Assembly (NCBI GenBank): GCA_964035545.1
Contig: OZ037767.1
Span: forward strand, 23,700,628-23,764,627
Direction: 5' to 3'
Source of the DNA: Bugula neritina
Lineage: Eukaryota; Animalia; Bryozoa
Length of the DNA: 64,000 bases
Every line of letters begins with the position of its first letter. The first letter of the stretch is position 1. The position numbers were made by a program, and so were the translations under genes. Under the pieces are notes generated by a model, which did no database searches, was not told the origin of the DNA, and worked only from the letters and a program-made list of their open reading frames with translations. Shown piece by piece: positions 61,241 to 64,000 of the stretch.

Positions 61241-64000
61241 TGTGTTTCTTACAGTAAGCTATTACACTGTGGCAGTTTACTGCACTATTGTATAATTCTA
61301 TTATCAACCACAAAACTTAGAAATTTGAAAAGCCTTGAACTTCTTTTTAAATTGCGTTCCAGTGATAATTTAGTGAATTTGAACTAGGTGTGGTCAACTT
61401 CCTTGAAATGTAGACATTCGTATAGTTTGGAATCAAGCAGTACAAGCCTAAGTTTCATCTTGTAAGAGCTTTCACACTCAATGACTTTGCTATCTTTATA
61501 ACATTTTATGGGAAGAGGTAATGTAGTGAAAAATGAGTGTTGTCAAATAAATCTTGCGTAAACACGGAATAGTAACTCAGTAGCTAAACAAATTAAGATT
61601 GTTTATGTTTTCCATATGTTTAGTCTTCAAGTATTCAGCAAATCACCACACCCAGCTATCAGGAACTACCAGGAACTGTCCAGAATTACCTGTAGTTACC
61701 TAGAACTAAATTAAACATCTCTTACAATAGCCAGTGTAATCATAGAGAGTGAGGAGTGAGAAAATTTTCAAACCGAACGTGAATAAAAACTGCGCCCAAA
61801 CTCCTTTTAATCTAAAGCCAGTTTCAGCACAGGCTGCTGGCGAAAACTTAGCACAATTGGAAAATGAGATGTTTTGTGTAGCCAAAATGAGCTAGTAAAC
61901 ACTGCAAAATATCTTGTGGTGGTGGTGGTCTTATGGACTTTATATTAGCATATTATTATTAAGCTTACTTTTTTGAATTCTAGTTTCAAAATTTTATTCC
62001 TATGTATTTAGAATAGCTAGTGAGATTTTAAGTGGAATAGTTTATAAAAGAGCAATACAGTCTTCTTACCAACATAACAACTTCTACAAAACTTAGACAT
62101 TTGCGGGTAGCATGAAATCTTGGTTTGAAAAATTAGCATAAAATAATCCAGCCAAATTGGTCAATTTACTAAATACAGTTGACCAATAATGGATTATCAT
62201 GGCCATTGATTTTGAAGAGTTGGAGTAATTAATAACCACAATTTTGACAGTTTTCTAACCCTTCCTATTTGACTACTTTTATGGATGGGCAGTACAGCCT
62301 GGGATGGTGTTTGAGACTGGTTGAAGCATGTTAAGCGAGATGGTTGTTTTATGGTGTTGTATGTACTATTATATCTCAGGTTATATACATATAATTTACT
62401 ATTGATATATCCTATGCTATAAGTATATTGTAGCATATTATCTAGCAAGCATACATATTCATATTATATATCATAATGTGACTGTTATTACAATAATATA
62501 TATAATGCAGATTCACATATACACATATATCCATCATTTCTATTACAATACTTGCACCTATTGTGCTTCACATGTTGAACAATCAGACACGGCAACATGT
62601 TGTATAGTTGAAAGTAGTTATAATACAAGTACTTGCCATACTAGATATGTGTATAATATAATATGAAAACCTCTTTTGCTCAAAGCTGGTAGTTTAAGCA
62701 ACACGTGAAAGCCTGAAATGAAGTCGTCTAAATTTACTTATAATTCAAGATCAATAAATTCAATTTAATTATCAGTTTTCATTAAAGTTGTACACTTTTT
62801 GCTGCATACTATAAAAGTACAGTATTTTAGCTTAAAGCAAACTCGTCTATGCTACAACTTTTTGCTTTAAATCATCTTTGAAAGGGTGAATCTCACACTT
62901 ACACTAGTTACATAAAAAGCGTTGCAGTGGCTAGTTTATTGCATGAAATTAGTTCTAATGAAATGTGTTTTGCTGGTTTTGCAACATAGGACATAGAAAG
63001 GCTTCTTTCAATTTCTTATAACTACAAGATTTTCAGACATGCCACTACTATATTAGCATATCTGCTCTGCCATTGCAAAAAACAGAGATTTAATTGGCTA
63101 CAAGAGAATAAACCCAACTGTGTCACACCTCAGCATATGCCCTCCAAACTTTCATACATGCATATGTTGGATGTTACATGTTTTCAAGCATATGTTCTTT
63201 TATCAAAGAGTACTAAGCTAAGCCCCTTAAGTGTCTAAAACTCTAAAATGGTGTATAATATATTTTTACCAAGTAGAAGCTCAATCACTACTGAGTGTTG
63301 ATTAACTAAAGTATAGATGGATGCTATAAATATAATACATTTTCACGCTTTTATATAAAAGTAATATTCTAACAGGACACTGTGTGATAAATATAGCCTT
63401 CGAGTTGACATCTGCTTGACATTGTTATAAACTTATTATAACCAATAACTTGGCACTGCAAGCATTATATACTTTGAACATAACAGTAATTATTTTGAAT
63501 GCTATTTTCATGGCAAATTTTTTTTGAAGGCAACATTGACAACTGGGTGGATGCAATAAAATAGCTTCGCTTTTTATTGCCAATCAAAATGATTTTAAAA
63601 TATTGTTACTGGTATCTTTTAGATCATTTTACATCAATTTTGTAAACATGGTTTTGAATGTATGCATTACAAGAGCTAAAAGAAGTCAACCAACAGTTCC
63701 AGACTATTGGTTGATAAAAGTGTGGAGGCAGTCTTTGCATGCCCATTCTATTAACAAGCTTTTGATCAGCACTTTATAGAGCCCAACCAAAGAAGTATAA
63801 TAGTTTTTGGATCTGTGAGGGTGGGAAGTTATCTCTCACATAATCAGGATTATCCCACATAGATAATCTAACACTCTTAACTAAAACTTAGTAGTTGATG
63901 CTAGGAGGGAGTGGCTTGTAAACCTGACTGTGATTATCACTGAGATTAGCACTTGAAGAAATAAAACTAGCTTAGTTACAAAACATGTGCATTCAACAGA

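Overview
AT-rich, intron-rich eukaryotic (invertebrate animal) genomic DNA; no prokaryotic or CRISPR features. I assembled five spliced protein-coding genes by hand using GT-AG sites and phase continuity. (1) Minus strand, 9879 to <=2319: a signal-peptide protein with two tandem NHL-like beta-propeller modules, a Sushi/CCP domain and about three plexin/MET-type IPT domains; its next exon appears to be interrupted by a tRNA-Thr-derived SINE. (2) Minus strand, 24948-12677: a type I membrane protein with a SUEL/Gal-lectin domain, a CUB-like region, a TM helix and a long Tyr-containing tail. (3) Minus strand, 34504-28536: an unrecognised ~195-aa protein. (4) Plus strand, 38924-51945: a complete 14-exon PTPN11/SHP2 (corkscrew) orthologue of ~590 aa. 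(5) Plus strand, from 55269: a second SUEL-lectin gene whose 3' end is unresolved. The window also holds a tRNA-Thr SINE family with TSDs, two MITE-like families, two decayed coding relics and many minisatellites. The most striking pattern is in PTPN11, where minisatellites repeatedly start at, and in three cases copy, the splice sites themselves: about 66 tandem copies of the exon-2 end plus donor, in-frame duplicated donors after the catalytic-motif exon, a duplicated acceptor, and a U1-like antisense-donor array.
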